A stretch of 64,000 nt of DNA from a virus: positions 32,001 to 96,000 of IMG/VR virus record IMGVR_UViG_3300036828_000755. One strand, given 5' to 3'. This document shows, in pieces, positions 59,310-64,000 of this stretch. How positions within the stretch are numbered: the stretch's first letter is position 1; every line of letters starts with the position of its first letter. The notes beneath the pieces are model-generated. The model worked only from the letters and a program-made list of their open reading frames with translations, was not told the origin of the DNA and searched no databases. Made by a program: the position numbers and the translations under genes.

Positions 59310-59330
59310 GTGAAAAACTGTGGTAAAATT
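59310..59330 (+). promoter_or_regulatory. Promoter-like GTGAAAAACTGTGGTAAAAT, related to the 49-kb motif
   Basis: Extended -10 (TG-N-TAAAAT) upstream of 59339. Confidence 0.4.
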
Positions 59331-59338
59331 TAATTTAG

Positions 59339-60492
59339 GTGAAGGGGAGTACCATGAAGATCGAGAAGATATCGAGGTTGGCTGAGCTGGTCGACGGCGA
59401 CGTCGTCCTCTTGCTGGAGAATGATCCGAATGGTCACCCGGACGAGTCAGACCCGGCAGGCTACACGGCGTCGGTCGTCGTGGTTGTGGACGTCCTGCCG
59501 GAAAGGAAGGCGGCGGCGATGGTCCCGCACACCGAAGACCCGGTCAACGTGACCTGGTTCAGGGGGAACCAGGGCGGGGAACCCTTCCAGATATACGAGA
59601 AGTCGAACCACGCGTTCACCTCGGCCGGGGATTTCCACAGCGCGGAGCTGTGGCTGATCCACAGGAAGAAGAACTAGTTAGCCGAAGTCCAGCTTCAGGG
59701 GCGCCGCGGGCCAGTTCCTTTCGGACAGTGCAGCGGTTGTTGGCAGAGGCCCCCGTAGCTGGACTTGGGAGAACCAGGAAAAAGGTGATGCAGACCATCG
59801 AAGAAATAAGGAAAGCGGCCCAGGCTCGGGACTCCGTGTCCCTTGATGAGGTCTACGCGTGGGAGACTGCGCGGTTGGACGCCAAGAAGTACCACATCCC
59901 GTATGCTGTCTGGCACTCTGGGCAATGGCTCATGAGGGAAGTCCGGGCAAGGGGTGGCGACGACTCGTTGGCAGAAGCCATCTGCTTCGGCGTTGGCCAG
60001 AGGCAGGCGATGCTCGAGCACGGCGAAGATCCCTGGGTGCCGGCAGTCCTGGCCCTGGGAAGGTACGAGCAGGGCGAGTGGGACGTGTGCGGTAAGGTGC
60101 TCGCCGAGCAACTGCTGCGCGAGAAGTTCGGCGACCCGATCGATCGCCGGAAGCTGGCCGAGTGGATGCTGTCTAGGGTAGGGGTATTCTTCGAGGAGTG
60201 AGTGAAAAACATGGAAAAGTTATCGAGGGATCTGCTCACGAGGGCCGCGTACGCGGCATCGAAGATGAGGTACGGGAACATCCCTGCTAAGGCGCTCGTC
60301 CCACTGGGAAGACAGTTCATGGTGGCTGGCGGGAACGACGAGAAGGTGGGGCAGAGCATCGTCCTGGGAGTCGTCAAGGCCCTTGACGCGGAGAAAAAGC
60401 ACGCGTATCCTGTGTGCCCCTTCTGCGGCAGGAGGCACGCCGCGCCGAAGACCTTCCTCCTTGGCAGTAAGCAAGGGGGCAGCAGACGTTAG
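59339..60492 (+). CDS. Three hypothetical genes (59339..59677; about 59787..60201; 60202..60492 CxxC)
   Basis: ORF track. Confidence 0.5.
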
Positions 60493-60513
60493 ACGATTGG
60501 GGAGCTGAAGAAC

Positions 60514-61998
60514 GTGCCAACGATACGTGAGACGCTAAAAGAGAACGAGCTTGACCGGCGAGACGAAACGGCCAAGCAGACGAAGTTCGACAAGCCGGTC
60601 GAGGTTGTCAGGACCGGGGAAGTCATAGTGGTGCCGAGGGCTGTCCGGCCCGAGAAAGCACTGGAGATCATCAAGACCTGGGCGGATGCCGAGTCCCAGA
60701 CGGTCTCGGTCACCGAGAACATCGACGGCATACCGATCGACGCGGCCAACGCGCTGATGATGGCCGTCAAGTACGAGTTCGGCGTGGTCAGCCTGAGCCA
60801 GGGCTTCTGGGGTCCGCCGCCGCCGTTCTTCTCGGTGCCGACCTCGTCGAGGGGAGAAAACGTCGACGTCTACGTCGGGGCGTTCACCCTTCCGGGTTTC
60901 GAGGGGGCATCGTTCCGGTCGTACCCCGATGACAAGAATATCAGGCTGGCCGTCAGTGGCGTGCTCCGGAAAAAGGACATGCCCCTGTTCAAGCAGCTGA
61001 TGCAGACCGCGAGGGATTTCCTGAGGGACCAGTCCCTGTACAAGGGAAGGGCGATCACCATCGACTTCCTCAACCCCGAGTCTGACTCAGACGACGAAAC
61101 TAAGCTCCTGATTCCCAGGTTCATGGACCTCAGCCAGCCGAAGCCCCTCATACTGGCGAGGGACACGGAGGCCATGATAAACGCGACCATCTGGACGCCG
61201 ATCAGGCACATGGACCTGGTCAAGAAGATGGGCACGCCCATCAAGCGAGGCATCCTGCTGTACGGCACGTATGGCACGGGCAAGACGCTGACGGCGCTGG
61301 AGACGGCGGCCGTGGCAACGAGGCACGGGTTCACGTTCCTCTACGTGAGGGACGTCTCGCACCTGCAGAAGGCCATCGAGTTCGCGTCGGCCCAGTTCTT
61401 GCCGGCGATCATCTTCATGGAGGACACGGAGAAGGCGTTCGAGGACGCGGCCAAGATCCAGGCCATCCAAAACACGATGGACGGGATCGATGGCAAGGAC
61501 CGCGACCTGATCGTCGTGCTCACCACCAACCATGTTGAGAAGCTGCCGCAGGCGATCATGCGCCCCGGAAGGCTCGACACGATCATCCAGCTCAGGCCGG
61601 CAGACCCGGACACGGCAGCGAGGTTGGTCGCGCTGTACGCGGGAAGCATGCTGGACAAGGATGCCGACTCGCTGCGTATCGGGATCGCGGTACAGGGGAA
61701 CATACCGGCCGCGATTCGCGAGGTGGTGGAGCGGGCGAAGTTGTTCGCGCTCGCCCGGCAGGGCAACTCGAACTTCACGATCAACCACGAGGACATCGAG
61801 TTGTCGGCGAAGGGCATGGAGGAGCACATGGCGCTGCTCAACGGTGGCGAGAGGGCGATACCCTCGCCGGCCGAGCTACTCGGCGGCTCGATGGGGGCGC
61901 AGATTGCCCTGGGAATAGTCTCCGGGATCCAGGCACTGGCTGCCGGGGACGTCAATCTTCGGGAAGATCCGAAGAACACGAACAAGACGGTGCAGTAG
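60514..61998 (+). CDS. AAA+ ATPase (CDC48/FtsH-like clade), 494 aa
   Basis: Walker A GILLYGTYGTGKT, Walker B IIFMED, sensor-1 TTN, SRH AIMRPGRLD. Confidence 0.85.
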   Translation: MPTIRETLKENELDRRDETAKQTKFDKPVEVVRTGEVIVVPRAVRPEKALEIIKTWADAESQTVSVTENIDGIPIDAANALMMAVKYEFGVVSLSQGFWGPPPPFFSVPTSSRGENVDVYVGAFTLPGFEGASFRSYPDDKNIRLAVSGVLRKKDMPLFKQLMQTARDFLRDQSLYKGRAITIDFLNPESDSDDETKLLIPRFMDLSQPKPLILARDTEAMINATIWTPIRHMDLVKKMGTPIKRGILLYGTYGTGKTLTALETAAVATRHGFTFLYVRDVSHLQKAIEFASAQFLPAIIFMEDTEKAFEDAAKIQAIQNTMDGIDGKDRDLIVVLTTNHVEKLPQAIMRPGRLDTIIQLRPADPDTAARLVALYAGSMLDKDADSLRIGIAVQGNIPAAIREVVERAKLFALARQGNSNFTINHEDIELSAKGMEEHMALLNGGERAIPSPAELLGGSMGAQIALGIVSGIQALAAGDVNLREDPKNTNKTVQ

Positions 61999-62013
61999 AC
62001 CAATTCGGGGATG

Positions 62014-62047
62014 GGGACCGGGATCCTGAAGTTAGGGTCTCGGTCCC
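62014..62047 (+). terminator. Probable terminator after the AAA gene
   Basis: GGGACCGGGATCCT/AGGGTCTCGGTCCC stem followed by GTTTT. Confidence 0.55.
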
Positions 62048-62059
62048 GTTTTAAGGAGG

Positions 62060-63695
62060 ATGATGCCGAGCTTCGATTCGAAGGAAATAATCGACCAGTT
62101 GTTGGCCAACGACGGCTGCTACGAGGATGACCCGCAAGCCATCCAGGTAGCAAAGTACGAGAACGCGAGTGGCGGTACCACGTACCACGTGGCGTACCAG
62201 GAGTCGGAGATCATCGACCTCCTTATTTCTCCGTTCGTGGGCAACGTGGAGGTCCTGTGGCGGCGATGAAGCTCGAGAGGGAAAACTACGAGATGCTGGG
62301 GTGCATGCGCTGGGCCGAGAGCACCTTCCTCTGGGTGGTCCTGATGAGGGAGAAGAAGCTCCACGACGATGAGCGCGCTGAGCAATACGTCGTGTGGACG
62401 TACAACGACCAGGTCGACGGGCTATCGAGCGGTAGCTACTTCGTCAACGGCTCCTCCGAGAGCAACAAGCGTTCCGCGTACCTCGAGTTTTTCGCGAGGT
62501 GCGAGCAAAAGTCCAGGTCCTAGGACGTTGGTCGGCCATGCCCCACCCACCCCCTGGACCTCGGGAGGTATTCGGACAGGTTCACTGGGTGAACCAAAAT
62601 TTCATGGCCATGTCAACACATGGCCAAATTTTGAAAGAACCACGATGAAGCCAAAGGAAAGGTAAAAAGGTAGGACCATGTCACTTTTCAAGACTCCCGG
62701 CTGGGTACTCCCTCCCAAGAACGCGACGAGGGAACCGCGGCCGCAGGCTGAGCCGCGGCTGGGGGGCTTCCTCGTCCAGGACCCCAGCACCGGGACTAGC
62801 AAAGAATTCTCGTGGACCCGTCTTGCGGGTCCCAACCAAGCTCCCGAGCCGGGGAAAAAGACCCAGCTCGGAAGGATGGTGCCCGGGGTTCGCGACGTCG
62901 TAGCGCCCGCCGCGAGCTCCGGGTACCGGTTCATCCAGGAGAATCCCAATGCCAAGGACAGTTGAGCAGATGGACTGCTACCACGAGTTCGTCGAGGTGA
63001 TCGACCCATCGTCTGGGGGATACATGAGGTGCAAGAAGTGCGACTTGGTCGTTGATTGCGAAGACCCGGACAGGGACACGGGGCTATAGGATGCTGAACT
63101 TCAGCGATGGTGTAAGCATAAACACCTCGGGAAAACCGAGGATAGTCCGCCTCAAGGACGGCCTATACGTCGTCGGGGGCGGTTGGTCGATACCGGTCGA
63201 CGACGAGGAAGAGGCTAGGGAAATCTTGGGGGAGTTGACGAGCCGTGAAGAAACTCCGAGAAGTTGACCTCGCCAAGACCACCGTGAAAGGTAGCAAGGA
63301 ACTCAAGGTGGGTCCCTGGTACCTGGTGCAGATCGGTGGCCAGCTCTACGCTGGCAAGTTCTCGATGCAGTGGTACGGGCTGAACTTCGGCGGGTGGTCG
63401 CCGAACCCGGCAGGGCTGCAGTACGACCCACCGGGAACGAACAGCTCACAGTACGAGAAAGCATGGCTCATCTACGATGCCTAGCGAAGCGGCCAAGAGG
63501 ATGGACCACCGGGTCCGCGTGGAGAAGCTGCTCAACAGGCACTGGCCGACTGGGTGGCCAATCGAGCGGCAGGACGTGCTGCCCAGCATAGACATCTGGT
63601 TCGAGTGTGGCCACACACCAGAAGAGTGCTTCTACTTCGTCGTCGAGGCATACTTCGCGGTGACCAGGCCAGACATCGGGAGGAAAACTAAGTGA
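62060..63695 (+). CDS. Cluster of short hypothetical genes (62060..62269, 62257..62523, 62678..62965, 63245..63484, 63477..63695 and others)
   Basis: ORF track with RBSs and overlaps. Confidence 0.5.
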
Positions 63696-64000
63696 AGAAG
63701 TTCGTGCACCAGCGACTGAACGAGACCATTGAGAAGTACGGGTGGCTCATCACCGGCGTGCCAGGGGGTGCCATATACACCGTTGGGCTGGTGGACAAGT
63801 TTTCCCACCCGGAGATGATGATCCACGACCTGTCGCCCGGGATGTCGGAAGACATCCTGAGGGTAGCTGTGGAGAGGGTAAGTCACGGGTACGACTACAT
63901 CTTGACTGACTCGTTGCACGACAACGTGATAGTTGGGTTCAACGTCAAGTCGATCCCGGTAGACAAGTCCAACTTCGGGGACTGGCTCGGCCAGGCCGCC
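63692..64000 (+). CDS. DUF4262-like protein, truncated at right edge (not in ORF track)
   Basis: GTG start overlapping upstream TGA; IEKYGWLITGV...YTVGLVDKFSHPE motif. Confidence 0.6.
   Translation, partial: MKKFVHQRLNETIEKYGWLITGVPGGAIYTVGLVDKFSHPEMMIHDLSPGMSEDILRVAVERVSHGYDYILTDSLHDNVIVGFNVKSIPVDKSNFGDWLGQAA

Noticed and set aside
1-64000. tRNA, rRNA, integrase/att sites, endolysin, DNA polymerase, DGR reverse transcriptase
   Set aside because: None recognised by eye; they may lie outside the window. A tRNAscan or HMM run would be decisive.

Overview
The whole window reads as part of a large tailed-phage (siphovirus-like) genome; I see no host housekeeping genes, rRNA, tRNA, CRISPR array, integrase, DNA polymerase or endolysin. 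Positions 1-41.5 kb are transcribed leftward (minus strand): a small accessory/early block (41.4-34.9 kb), then terS, terL, portal, scaffold, major capsid, head-tail and tail genes, a 2501-aa tape measure, distal tail, tail tip, and a >1331-aa tailspike/fibre that runs off the left edge and is missing from the ORF track. An AT-rich non-coding switch region (about 41.5-42.9 kb) separates this from a rightward block of many short ORFs (42.9-64 kb) punctuated by repeated intergenic hairpin and promoter-like motifs. The standout is a TIGR-Tas-like RNA-guided system: a 280-aa IS110/Nop-domain protein with no RuvC domain (TasA-like, 36769-37611) followed directly by a 1.18-kb array of about 65 alternating 9-10-nt repeats at 18-nt period (about 32 dual-spacer 36-nt units). 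It is flanked by an Acb2/Tad1-like gene and a DEDDh exoribonuclease. Other oddities: an intact DnaQ-like exonuclease domain inside the tape measure protein, a gene with an in-frame UGA followed by a SECIS-like hairpin, two PEP-CTERM-type surface proteins and a PurD-like ATP-grasp ligase in the packaging module, and six copies of a covarying 27-nt hairpin. Family assignments come from motif recognition by eye, not database searches. An Acidobacteria-like host is only an inference from the PEP-CTERM tail style.
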